A stretch of 64,000 nucleotides of DNA from Lachnospiraceae bacterium UBA1201. Its GTDB lineage: Bacteria > Bacillota > Clostridia > Lachnospirales > Lachnospiraceae. Numbering within the stretch: the stretch's first letter is position 1; each line of letters opens with the position of its first letter. The notes under the pieces are model-generated. The model made no database searches. It was not told the DNA's origin and was given only the letters and a program-made list of their open reading frames with translations. The translations under genes were made by a program, and so were the position numbers. Shown here one piece after another: positions 43,337 to 52,507 of the stretch. Where the stretch lies: contig DBXX01000016.1 in assembly GCA_002309675.1 (NCBI GenBank), forward strand, positions 5,374-69,373, in the 5' to 3' direction.

Positions 43337-44073
43337 TCCAGCATATCCACTCCGCAGCGAGTCTCCTGCGTCACATCAGAAGCGATCCTTCCCTGCTTCA
43401 GCACCACGACCCGATCGGCCATCTTTGCGATCTCACGGTTATGTGTCACCAGCAGGATCGTCGTTTTGCATTTCGGATCCGGCTGTTCATCATTCTTCCG
43501 GATCAAGCGTTCGAAAACCCGCAGGACTTCGCGGGCGGAATCTTCATCCAGTGCTGCGGTCGGCTCGTCGGCCAGCAGGATCCGCGGGCGTTTGACGAGG
43601 GCACGAGCGATCGCATTCCTCTGCTGCTGTCCGCCGGACATCTGCCCGGGGGTGTGATCCGCAACATTGGCCAGACCGACCATATCGATCACTTCATCCA
43701 CGGACATCGGGTCCTCCACCAGTTCCGCGATGAATTCCACGTTTTCATAAGCTGTCAGTTCCTGCATCAGATGGTATTCCTGGAAGATGAAGCCCACATC
43801 CCGGCGCCGGTACAGGGTCCTCTCCTTCTCGGAGAGCGTCGTCATGTCCCGCCCGAAGATCTCGATCTTACCGGAGGTCAATCCATCCATACAGCCGATC
43901 ATATTTAAGAGCGTGGATTTCCCGCAGCCGGACTCGCCGTTTACCACGACGAACTCACCCGGATAGATATCCAGCGTGATCCCGTCCAATGCCTTCACAA
44001 CGCCGCTGCCCGAGGGAAACTCTTTCACGGCATTTACCATTCTGACACAAGGTTTTACTTCACTCATAGCCAT
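43330..44073 (-). CDS. ABC transporter ATP-binding protein (MacB/LolD-like)
   Basis: Walker A is GESGCGKST, the signature is MSGGQQQR, and Walker B is LLADEPTAALD. Confidence 0.9.
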   Translation of the reverse strand: MAMSEVKPCVRMVNAVKEFPSGSGVVKALDGITLDIYPGEFVVVNGESGCGKSTLLNMIGCMDGLTSGKIEIFGRDMTTLSEKERTLYRRRDVGFIFQEYHLMQELTAYENVEFIAELVEDPMSVDEVIDMVGLANVADHTPGQMSGGQQQRNAIARALVKRPRILLADEPTAALDEDSAREVLRVFERLIRKNDEQPDPKCKTTILLVTHNREIAKMADRVVVLKQGRIASDVTQETRCGVDMLEW

Positions 44074-44189
44074 CCCGCTCTTTCATGTTTTTAATCGTCA
44101 CAAAACTCACATCATCAACATAGGTTCTCAGTGTTTTCATTCTACCACAGTTCGCCTTCAGCGTCAATGAACCGCGCAGATTACAATAA

Positions 44190-44237
44190 GAAAAAAACCG
44201 GGCAGTCCCGCATGAAACACGCGAAAACTGCCCGGTC
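44190..44237 (-). terminator. Intrinsic terminator after the GMP synthase-like gene
   Basis: Minus strand reads CCGGGCAGT-(20-nt loop)-ACTGCCCGG followed by TTTTTTTT. Confidence 0.75.
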
Positions 44238-44251
44238 TCTATATAAACTTT

Positions 44252-45259
44252 TTATTCCCACTCGATGGTGCTGACGGGCTTCTCACTGATATCCCAAAGC
44301 ACACGGTTTACGCCGGGCACGGTCGCGATGATACGATCGCGAATCGTGCAAAGCATCTTAAACGGAATCTCGGGAACCGTCGCCGTAACGGCATCTACGG
44401 TATTCACCGCACGGATGACAACTGCCCAGCCCATGTAACGCTCACCCTTACCATCCACATAACGGATGCCGGTGGATGTGAAATCCGGGATCGCACAGAA
44501 GTACTGCCACGGTACGGGATCCAGTTTTCCGATCTCCTCGCGAACGATGGCGTCTGCCTCACGCAGAGACTCCAGACGGTCGCGTGTGATCGCGCCGACG
44601 CAGCGAACGCCGAGGCCCGGTCCGGGGAACGGCTGACGATAAACCATATTATCCGGAAGCCCGAGTTCCTTACCTACTACACGAACCTCGTCCTTATACA
44701 GAAGCTTCACGGGCTCAACAAGTTCGAACTTCAGATCCTCCGGAAGGCCGCCTACATTGTGGTGAGCCTTTACGCCGTGACTCTCCAGGATATCCGGGTA
44801 AATGGTTCCCTGTGCCAGGAACTCTACGCCGTCCAGCTTACGGGCTTCTTCCGCAAATACCTCGATAAATTCCTTACCGATGATCTTACGCTTTGTCTCG
44901 GGATCCGAAACTCCTGCCAGTTTATCCAGAAAACGATCGATCGCGTCCACATAGACGAGGTTTGCATTCAGCTGCTTTCCGAATACATCGATGACCTGCT
45001 CGGGCTCACCCTTACGAAGCAAGCCGTGGTTAACATGTACACAGGTCAGATTCTTACCGATCGCCTTTATCAGGAGAGCTGCAACAACGGAGGAGTCAAC
45101 GCCTCCGGACAGCGCCAGAAGCACCTTCTTATCTCCCACCTGCTCACGGATCGCTGCGACCTGCTCTGTAATAAAAGCCTGCGCCAGCGCCGGAGTCGTG
45201 ATACGTTCCATCGTTTCCGGTCTTACATTACTGCTCATTTCAGTCCTTTCCGCGGGCAT
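44252..45259 (-). CDS. guaA: GMP synthase ATP-pyrophosphatase/dimerisation domains only (no glutamine amidotransferase domain)
   Basis: It has the PP-loop LALSGGVDSSV and the canonical C-terminus ...VSTIEWE. At 335 aa it matches only the C-terminal two-thirds of bacterial GuaA. The exact start is uncertain (Met1, Met8 or Met17). Confidence 0.85.
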   Translation of the reverse strand: MPAERTEMSSNVRPETMERITTPALAQAFITEQVAAIREQVGDKKVLLALSGGVDSSVVAALLIKAIGKNLTCVHVNHGLLRKGEPEQVIDVFGKQLNANLVYVDAIDRFLDKLAGVSDPETKRKIIGKEFIEVFAEEARKLDGVEFLAQGTIYPDILESHGVKAHHNVGGLPEDLKFELVEPVKLLYKDEVRVVGKELGLPDNMVYRQPFPGPGLGVRCVGAITRDRLESLREADAIVREEIGKLDPVPWQYFCAIPDFTSTGIRYVDGKGERYMGWAVVIRAVNTVDAVTATVPEIPFKMLCTIRDRIIATVPGVNRVLWDISEKPVSTIEWE

Positions 45260-45304
45260 ACAACCCGCTCTGCTTTTCTAATCGTTTCTATCTCTCAAAC
45301 TCTG

Positions 45305-47053
45305 TTACTGAATCGCGTTTGCTACGCTCTCGATCTCTTCGGTCAATGTGCAGATCCAGCGCATCGTGGTCTCCAGAACTTTATCCAGTTCTACCTTCTC
45401 CGAGAAACGCTTATCACGGGTCGCCATTTCGGCCACGCCTTCTTTCATGTTTCTGGGACTTACGGTAATACGGATCGGCGCACCGATCAGATCAGCATCG
45501 GAGAACATTACGCCCGGACGTACATCGCGGTCGTCGTACAATACGTCGATACCCTTCGCCTGAAGCGCTACGTACAGGTCATCCGCCGTCTTCTTAGCTT
45601 CCGCATCATCGGAACGGATACAGCACAGATGCACGGTATAAGGAGCGATGGTGATGGGCCAGATCGGACCGTACTCATCGTGCTTCGCCTCGCAAACGGA
45701 CGCAGCCAGACGGCCGACGCCGATACCATAGCAACCCATGATCGGATAGTGCTTCTCGCCGTTCTCATCGATATACTGCATGTTCATAGACTTCGTGTAC
45801 TTCGTTCCGAGCTGGAAGATATTGCCCACCTCGATACCACGGGAAATGTGGATCGTCTTCTTACCGCACTTCGGGCAGATACCGCCCTCGGTGATCTTCG
45901 CCAGGTCGATATATACTGCCTCCGGACAGTCGCGCTCCATGGAGAGACCCGTGAAGTGATAGCCGGCATCGTTCGCGCCGCAGACCATATTATCTGCGCC
46001 CATCAGTGACTTATCGAAAAGTACGATGGTGCCTTCCTTTGCATTCAGATCGACCGGTCCGATATATCCGGCAACGATGCCGCTCTCGAGGTCGATCACT
46101 GCAGGATGCACGTCCTCACCCAGGTGATTCGTAAGCTTTGTTTCATTGACATCCAGATCACCGCGGATAAAGATGATCACATACTCATCCGTGCGGTTCA
46201 ACTGATATACAACGGCCTTAACACTCTTTATGGTTTCCGCATTCAGGAACTTACATACATCTTCGATGGTCTCCTGGTGCGGGGTCGCTACCTTAGTAAG
46301 CGCCTGTTTCTCGGCTACGGGAGCATTTTCCGTAATGCTTTCCGCCGCTTCCATGTTCGCACGGTAGTCGCAGGAATCACAGATCGCGATCGAATCCTCG
46401 CCGACCGGTGTAAGAAGCATATATTCGTGGGACAGGCTGCCGCCCATCATTCCGCTGTCGGAAGCGACCGAGATGACCTCCGGAACGCCGGCACGTGCGA
46501 AAATACGCTCGTACGCTTTGTAGCAGACATCGTAGTACCGCTCCAGATCCTCCTGGCTGGTATGGAAGGAATATGCGTCCTTCATGGTGAACTCACGAAC
46601 ACGGATCATACCGCCGCGCGGGCGAGCCTCATCACGGAACTTCGTCTGGATCTGATAGATCATGAACGGATAACGGGTATAGCTGAGACCATACTCGCGT
46701 ACCAAATGCACTGCAGCCTCCTCGTGTGTCATACCCAGGATCATCTTACTTCCGTTACGGTCCGTAAAGCGCAAAAGCTCACTGCCGACTGACTCATAAC
46801 GACCCGACTCCTCCCAAAGGGATGCCGGCATAACGACCGGGAACAGAACTTCCTGTCCATCGATACGATCCATCTCCTCGCGGATAATGTTCTCGATCTT
46901 CTTCGAGATCCGCTTCAGGATCGGATACTGAGAAAAGATACCGTTTCCGACATACTTCATGTAGCCACCGCGCACCATCAGCGCATGGCTGTCAATGACA
47001 CAATCCGCGGGACGCTCCTTAAAACGCTCTCCAACAAGCTTGTCAATTTTCAT
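45305..47053 (-). CDS. proS: Proline--tRNA ligase (bacterial type with editing insertion)
   Basis: From MKIDKLVGERFKERPADCVIDSHALMVRGGYM with SD GGAGG. Class II motifs are present (FRDEARPRGGMIRVREF, GCYGIGVGRL). The ORF-track N-terminal extension to 47191 runs through the leader hairpin and is rejected. Confidence 0.93.
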   Translation of the reverse strand: MKIDKLVGERFKERPADCVIDSHALMVRGGYMKYVGNGIFSQYPILKRISKKIENIIREEMDRIDGQEVLFPVVMPASLWEESGRYESVGSELLRFTDRNGSKMILGMTHEEAAVHLVREYGLSYTRYPFMIYQIQTKFRDEARPRGGMIRVREFTMKDAYSFHTSQEDLERYYDVCYKAYERIFARAGVPEVISVASDSGMMGGSLSHEYMLLTPVGEDSIAICDSCDYRANMEAAESITENAPVAEKQALTKVATPHQETIEDVCKFLNAETIKSVKAVVYQLNRTDEYVIIFIRGDLDVNETKLTNHLGEDVHPAVIDLESGIVAGYIGPVDLNAKEGTIVLFDKSLMGADNMVCGANDAGYHFTGLSMERDCPEAVYIDLAKITEGGICPKCGKKTIHISRGIEVGNIFQLGTKYTKSMNMQYIDENGEKHYPIMGCYGIGVGRLAASVCEAKHDEYGPIWPITIAPYTVHLCCIRSDDAEAKKTADDLYVALQAKGIDVLYDDRDVRPGVMFSDADLIGAPIRITVSPRNMKEGVAEMATRDKRFSEKVELDKVLETTMRWICTLTEEIESVANAIQ

Positions 47054-47102
47054 TTCTAACCTCCTGATACATGCAAGGAAGAGACCCCTTTGGGAAATGA
47101 AA

Positions 47103-47138
47103 CGCCCTAAACAGCAGCATCGCTGCTCATTTAGGGCG
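47103..47138 (-). promoter_or_regulatory. Strong hairpin in the proS 5' leader (attenuator candidate)
   Basis: Minus strand reads CGCCCTAAA-TGA-GCAGC-GAT-GCTGC-TG-TTTAGGGCG followed by TTTCATTT. It lies downstream of a candidate promoter, TTGACA (47186-47191) with a 17-nt spacer and TAAACT (47163-47168), and about 50 nt upstream of the proS ATG. Confidence 0.45.
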
Positions 47139-47206
47139 GTTTTCTTCAATGCCTTATGAATAAGTTTATCAAATGCACATGGGGTTGTCAAGAAGAAATG
47201 CGGACT

Positions 47207-47749
47207 TTAAAACCGCATATCAACATCTTGACGCTTGCTGTCATCGATCTTAAAGAACTCCCGGCGGGAAGCACCGATGATAGCTGCCACCAGTGAATTC
47301 GGGAAGGACACACACATCTGATTATAACGCGAGATGTTCGAGTTATAAACGCGACGCGCGGCCTGAAGGTGCTCCTCCGTGTCCATGATCGCGATCTGCA
47401 GCTGCTTAAACTGATTTGTCGATCCGAGTTGCGGATAGCTCTCGCCGACAGCCAGCAGCTGTTTTTGCGCATTTTCCATAGCGGCGCCGGTGGCGCCCTT
47501 CTGCTCGAGGCTCATCGCCGCGCGCATCTGGATGCTCTTCAGGATGATATCCCTCTCCTCACCCAGGTAGGATTTCGCGACATCAAGCATCTTCGTCAAA
47601 ACATCAAAACGCTTATTCAGCGCTACATCGATATCCGCTTCTGCTTCGCTTATCTTAACTTGCATCCGGCGGATACTGTTGATCGTAACGATGATCCATC
47701 CCACTAAAAACAGTAATACAACGCAGATAATGACTACTACAGGATTCAT
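47207..47749 (-). CDS. lemA: LemA family protein
   Basis: The 180-aa product has an N-terminal TM, then RRMQVKISEAEADIDVALNKRFDVLTKMLD...YPQLGSTNQFKQLQ...RRVYNSNISRYN, which is typical of LemA. Confidence 0.85.
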   Translation of the reverse strand: MNPVVVIICVVLLFLVGWIIVTINSIRRMQVKISEAEADIDVALNKRFDVLTKMLDVAKSYLGEERDIILKSIQMRAAMSLEQKGATGAAMENAQKQLLAVGESYPQLGSTNQFKQLQIAIMDTEEHLQAARRVYNSNISRYNQMCVSFPNSLVAAIIGASRREFFKIDDSKRQDVDMRF

Positions 47750-47762
47750 ACTGCCCTCCTTC

Positions 47763-48638
47763 TTACAGATCCGCGTCCAGTTTAAACTCCTCTATGGTAC
47801 GCCGGATCAATTCGATCTCATTTGAGACCTCCGCACGGACCTCCTCCACATCGTTTTTCCGAAACAGACTCGGTTCCATCGGATTCTTTGAATTATTTAT
47901 CGCAACATGCAGACGGTTTCCGAGAATGCCCAACATGAACCTTCCGTCGGACTGACTGCAGTAACGGTCGATCTTCTCCATCATGTGCGGTGTCAGAAAA
48001 TAGAACGCATCATGATCATCCTGCGCCATGACTACATAACGTTTGTTGAAGCTTTCATCCTCCAAAAAGATCTCATGGCGCCGCTCTGCCTTTTTGGTGA
48101 AGATACCTTTTCGTTTCTTCGCGTAATGAAAGTTCTTTTCGAATACCTGCAAGTCTCCGGACAGTTCCTTCGGAAAATCAAACACCATCCATCTTCCTTC
48201 GAAGAATACCGTGGTCGATGAATTCCCTTCGCTGTCCGACGAAGAACTCGCGATATATACATCCGACCGGGAGAACGGCACACCGTTGCAAACGCCGCTC
48301 ACATAGTCGTCACTGCTGTATTCATTGCCCATCTGGAGCAGACCCGTGTGGGAGATGAAATTTTCAGAGAAGCCCTTATTATAATCCACCATGACTTCAC
48401 CGAAGGCCTTTTCAAACTGGCCGCGGATCGCGCTGTCCTTTACGGCATCGTAGTATTTCTTCTTACTCGGGTTCGGAATGAGCGCCGTAATAACGATCCC
48501 GGTAAGTGCACCGAAGATCATTAAAAACGGCGAGATCACAACCAGGCAGATCGCGATCAGCAATACGACTCCGATCCGTATCCAGAACCGGCTTAAAGCT
48601 TCTTTGCGCAGCTGCTCCAATGCAGCGTCAGAATACAT
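47763..48638 (-). CDS. DUF3137-like membrane protein (frequent LemA neighbour)
   Basis: From MYSDAALEQLRKEAL there are two TMs and then a globular domain. The family assignment is from memory of LemA-adjacent genes and is tentative. Confidence 0.45.
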   Translation of the reverse strand: MYSDAALEQLRKEALSRFWIRIGVVLLIAICLVVISPFLMIFGALTGIVITALIPNPSKKKYYDAVKDSAIRGQFEKAFGEVMVDYNKGFSENFISHTGLLQMGNEYSSDDYVSGVCNGVPFSRSDVYIASSSSDSEGNSSTTVFFEGRWMVFDFPKELSGDLQVFEKNFHYAKKRKGIFTKKAERRHEIFLEDESFNKRYVVMAQDDHDAFYFLTPHMMEKIDRYCSQSDGRFMLGILGNRLHVAINNSKNPMEPSLFRKNDVEEVRAEVSNEIELIRRTIEEFKLDADL

Positions 48639-48750
48639 AGTCCTATCCTCCTCAAAATTTCTTTTGATCGTTTCCCCATGTATACTATAGCATAATGCCA
48701 CGCGAATTTCCTTAAATTATTCTTACATCATGCAAATGACATGCCTTTAT

Positions 48751-49368
48751 TCATGCCTCTCCTGCAAAAAACACGTTTGTGAAACCTGCCTGCATGGCCG
48801 CGGCTGCCGCGATCCGGCTTTTTACCCCCTTCTCGCACACGAAGCAGATCGCTTCTTCTTTCTTCGCGGGCAATGCTTCGATGTCGTTCACACATTGCGC
48901 CAGCGGGATATTTACCGCGTTCGGAAGGTGACTCTCCCCGAATTCCCCGGCATCCCGTACATCGATGATGCGAACGTCCGCTCCCATATGCTCCAGATTC
49001 GCATATAACAATCGTCGCGGGGCATCCTCCTGTGTGCTTCCTCCCGTCCTTTTGAAACGCAGGGCCGGATACTCAGCACGCGCCGCGATCTGCTGCGCCT
49101 CGATCCCGGAAAGCACGGCCTGCATGCCGAACACCGGCGCCCCGTCTCCCATGATGCCTTTAATATAGACCTGGGCGACATGCAAAACACATCGGCGGCA
49201 ATCCATCAGATCCAACAGCCTGTAGGCCGGGGTGATATCCGGCTCGTCCGGCTCTTTCTTTACGGAAAGCAGCCATTCGTGCACGATCTGTGCCGCCGCC
49301 TGGCGGGTGTTCCCCGTCAGGCGTTCGGCTAATCTGCAGAGTCCTGTATTCGCTTCCTGCTTAAGCAT
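48751..49368 (-). CDS. Rhodanese-domain protein with uncharacterised N-terminal domain
   Basis: The C-terminal RIIDVRDAGEFGESHLPNAVNIPL...ICFVCEKGVKSR has a rhodanese active-site loop (CxxGxxSR). Confidence 0.7.
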   Translation of the reverse strand: MLKQEANTGLCRLAERLTGNTRQAAAQIVHEWLLSVKKEPDEPDITPAYRLLDLMDCRRCVLHVAQVYIKGIMGDGAPVFGMQAVLSGIEAQQIAARAEYPALRFKRTGGSTQEDAPRRLLYANLEHMGADVRIIDVRDAGEFGESHLPNAVNIPLAQCVNDIEALPAKKEEAICFVCEKGVKSRIAAAAAMQAGFTNVFFAGEA

Positions 49369-51187
49369 TCGGAGTTACCTTTATCGTCACATTGCCACAA
49401 GCGGCCAATGTCTTAACCCCGAAAACGCCGGTCGTGTTCTCGGAAACCTCTCCGGTCCAAAGGTCCGTGACCGTAAAACTCTTTGTATCCGCAGTCCACT
49501 TATTACCGGACGGAAGCTTCGCTCCGATACCATTAAGGATCGCGGAAACATCCACGCTGTAATCCCCATTCTTCTCAGTTTCACTCACGTTGATGAACGA
49601 GAGCGCTACCGAACCGTCTGAAAGAGGCTTCGCCAAAATGTCCACGCGGTCGATGTTCGTCAAATACTCGCGGTCCGGGGCATATTTTCCGGGGATGCTA
49701 CTGTAGATACGTTTCGCCTGCACGCCGAGTGCATCCTGGTTCAGGTCGATCAAACGCTTATTTGCGATGATCTGCCAGATCGGATCTCCCACCTTCACGC
49801 GGCGCAGATCCAGGCCCAGCATCAGCGGGGCATTCAGCATGCACCACATCGCCATATGCGTACGATACATCGTATCGGTCAGACCGTTCATGCCGATCAT
49901 CAGCATGTCCGGATCGTTCCATCCCTTATCCAGGCCGGCAAATTCATCCATGATGACTGCCTTATTATACTGCGTGGTCACACTCGGTGTGTAATCGTCT
50001 TTCCATGAGCCGGCGCCGGGATCCCCGTCGCTGCCGACGCGGAACGTGATATCGTTCAGGATGCGCCAGGTATCGCCCACCTTATAACCCCAGTTCTGCG
50101 GCTGCGTCTTACCCCATTCGCAGATCGAAAGCAGGATATCGTGGCCGGGCTTTTGCTTATTCAGTTCCTTCAGTAAGGTAGAATACGAACAGAGCGTGTT
50201 CTCCTGACGGCGGTGGTTCATGAGGCGGACCACATTTTCCCCGCAGGCCAATGTAACGGTAATACCGGAAAATGTCTCAAATACGGTGCGTACCGGCGTC
50301 TCCGGTACGAAGCCATCGTACGACAGTTCGGTCGTTTTTTCACCTACCGCAACCTGAAGCCAGCTGCCCTGACCTTCTTCACAGGAGGTCGCATACTCGA
50401 TCTCCAGGCGGTAATCACCGGCCTTCGGTACATTTACCCGAAATACCAGTTCACCACTCCGGGGTCCAACGGGCGACGGTCCGGGACCGGTTCCGTCATA
50501 AGTACCGATGCTAGTTACGCAATCGGATGTTTTTACGATGCATCCGCCGCGGATCTCTCCGTCGGTCAGTGCACAGTATTTCTTATCAAATCCATCTCCG
50601 AAAACACGGATCGACCGGATGGCCGGTGCGAAAACATACTTCGCATTACGCTTATCGGAGAATGTCGCATTGTCCCAAAGATAATAACAGTTGTCGACTT
50701 TGATAAAGTCGATATCCCAGTTGATATATGACTTTGCATCTTCCGCCTCGTGACCGCAGGTGCCGACGTAGGCGCTGCTGCACAGTTTGACGCCGATATC
50801 GTTATACATACCGAACTTCAGGCCGCGTGCGTGGATGTAGTCCGCCATGGCGTTAAAGCCGATCGGAAAACGCTCTGCGTTGCTGACCAGAAGACCGTTC
50901 TCACGCGTGTTCTGATAGCATCCGTCGTCCAAAACGACGTACTGATAACCCAATTTATCCAGCCCCAGTGCGACCAGCGCATCCGCCATCTGCCGAGTCA
51001 GCGCTTCGGTATTCCCGGTACCAAATGCATTCCAACTGTTCCAGCCCATGGGCGGCAGGTGCCCTTTCTTCTTTCCGTGAACGACGTTCCCGTCGTCAAA
51101 TGTGTCATACCGGTACTCCGGAAGGACCTCGTGCGGTCCCGCCTTGATCTTCGCTTCGATCTCTTCACGGATCTCTTGCTCTGTCAT
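49361..51187 (-). CDS. Glycoside hydrolase family 27 alpha-galactosidase-like enzyme with inserted/C-terminal beta-sandwich domains
   Basis: Motifs are PPMGWNSWNAFG, YVVLDDGCY and DFIKVDNC. The start is taken at MTEQEIREE (ATG 51185-51187), preceded by the SD AAAGGAGAA. Confidence 0.8.
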   Translation of the reverse strand: MTEQEIREEIEAKIKAGPHEVLPEYRYDTFDDGNVVHGKKKGHLPPMGWNSWNAFGTGNTEALTRQMADALVALGLDKLGYQYVVLDDGCYQNTRENGLLVSNAERFPIGFNAMADYIHARGLKFGMYNDIGVKLCSSAYVGTCGHEAEDAKSYINWDIDFIKVDNCYYLWDNATFSDKRNAKYVFAPAIRSIRVFGDGFDKKYCALTDGEIRGGCIVKTSDCVTSIGTYDGTGPGPSPVGPRSGELVFRVNVPKAGDYRLEIEYATSCEEGQGSWLQVAVGEKTTELSYDGFVPETPVRTVFETFSGITVTLACGENVVRLMNHRRQENTLCSYSTLLKELNKQKPGHDILLSICEWGKTQPQNWGYKVGDTWRILNDITFRVGSDGDPGAGSWKDDYTPSVTTQYNKAVIMDEFAGLDKGWNDPDMLMIGMNGLTDTMYRTHMAMWCMLNAPLMLGLDLRRVKVGDPIWQIIANKRLIDLNQDALGVQAKRIYSSIPGKYAPDREYLTNIDRVDILAKPLSDGSVALSFINVSETEKNGDYSVDVSAILNGIGAKLPSGNKWTADTKSFTVTDLWTGEVSENTTGVFGVKTLAACGNVTIKVTPNA

Positions 51188-51298
51188 AGTTTCTTCTCCT
51201 TTTCTCACTGTCGGCTGGCTCATCTGCCGACCCGTCTACTATCCCCACTATTATACCGAAACCTTAGGAAAAATACAACATAAACCGCACATTTCGAC

Positions 51299-51329
51299 GA
51301 AAAAAGCGAGCCGAAACGACCGGCTCGCC
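51299..51329 (-). terminator. Intrinsic terminator after the GGDEF gene
   Basis: Minus strand reads GCGAGCCG-GTCGTTT-CGGCTCGC followed by TTTTTT. Confidence 0.8.
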
Positions 51330-51370
51330 CACTTTGCAGATCATTCCGGTGATACGGCGCAGCGCCTAAA

Positions 51371-52435
51371 TCACGCTCCTCTTCGTTTCTTTCCGGATAT
51401 CCGATAATATTCATCTTTATCGCTGTACATATAGGTCTCAGCCTTCGTGGTCAATGTATTGATCTCGACCATCTCCGCCGGACTGTTGGAAAAACCGACT
51501 GCAACCTGATATCCCGCTTCCCGCACCTGCTTTTTCAGCTGGCGAACCTTTTCTTCGATCTTTGCATCGCTCCAATCCACCGTGTAGGCCAGGAATTCAT
51601 CACCGCCGATACGATAGGTATCCTTCTTTCCGAAGTTTTCCTGAACGAAATGCGCGATGGTCTGCAACATGATATCTCCGGCCCTATGGCCTTCCGTATC
51701 ATTCAGATCATGCAAACCATTGACATCGATGTAAACACATCCCAGGCTCTCCCTGCACCGGCGTGTGTACTCAGCGAGATGCCACTCGTACGAGTTACGG
51801 TTATTCAGACCGGTCAGCTGGTCCTTCTCGCTCATGTATTGCAGCCGCTGTTCCAGAATAAAACCATTGACCTTAACACGAACGATGAAAACGATGCTGA
51901 CGATCGCCAGCAGTCCGAACATGACAGCGTTCGAAACATCCGCCATCAGAACCTTCCCGGACTTTGTATTAACCGCAGCAACCAAATAAACGGTCACATA
52001 GAAAACCAAGGCAGAAATAAGCCGGATGGGCTTATCGATGAACAAAAGCGGCAGGAACAGCATCAACACTACAAACGTTACTGTCTGCTCACCCGGACGG
52101 CACAGCGTACCCATCAGGATACCATAGATCATGAACAGGGAAATCGCTGCATAGATCGTAAAATATGTGAATTTCAGATGAGTCCGGCATATGCCGGCGA
52201 GTACAAATATGATCAGGGAACCGAATACGCCGAAAATGAAAACGACCCAGGCCTCCGACATCGCACGGATAACAAAAACATACAGGAGCGTCATGATCGA
52301 TGTCAAAACGAATGCAACCAAAGAATAGATCGTCAATGTGACGACATTCGCGTACTCGATCTTTTCTTTTACGGAGCGATAAACTTCTTTATCAACATCC
52401 GCATAAAAGAGTGCGTGTTTGATCCTCTCCAGCAT
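51371..52435 (-). CDS. Membrane-anchored diguanylate cyclase (GGDEF domain)
   Basis: There are about six N-terminal TMs. The GGDEF domain follows, with SEKDQLTGLNNRNSY and the active site RIGGDEFLAY. Confidence 0.9.
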   Translation of the reverse strand: MLERIKHALFYADVDKEVYRSVKEKIEYANVVTLTIYSLVAFVLTSIMTLLYVFVIRAMSEAWVVFIFGVFGSLIIFVLAGICRTHLKFTYFTIYAAISLFMIYGILMGTLCRPGEQTVTFVVLMLFLPLLFIDKPIRLISALVFYVTVYLVAAVNTKSGKVLMADVSNAVMFGLLAIVSIVFIVRVKVNGFILEQRLQYMSEKDQLTGLNNRNSYEWHLAEYTRRCRESLGCVYIDVNGLHDLNDTEGHRAGDIMLQTIAHFVQENFGKKDTYRIGGDEFLAYTVDWSDAKIEEKVRQLKKQVREAGYQVAVGFSNSPAEMVEINTLTTKAETYMYSDKDEYYRISGKKRRGA

Positions 52436-52507
52436 CTTTCATTCCTGTCCCGCCGTATCCGGCGTCCTCGTGAATAGTCCTTTAGTTCGTTTCGATCCGC
52501 ATTTGGA

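Noticed and set aside
47054-47191. The N-terminal 46-residue extension of proS given by the ORF track. Similar extensions occur for the ORFs starting at 10103, 16263, 22138, 23030, 23608, 26350, 48701, 59152, 62701 and 63503.
   Set aside because: The internal ATGs coincide with canonical protein N-termini, SD sequences and the ends of upstream genes. The extensions run through hairpins or neighbouring coding sequence.
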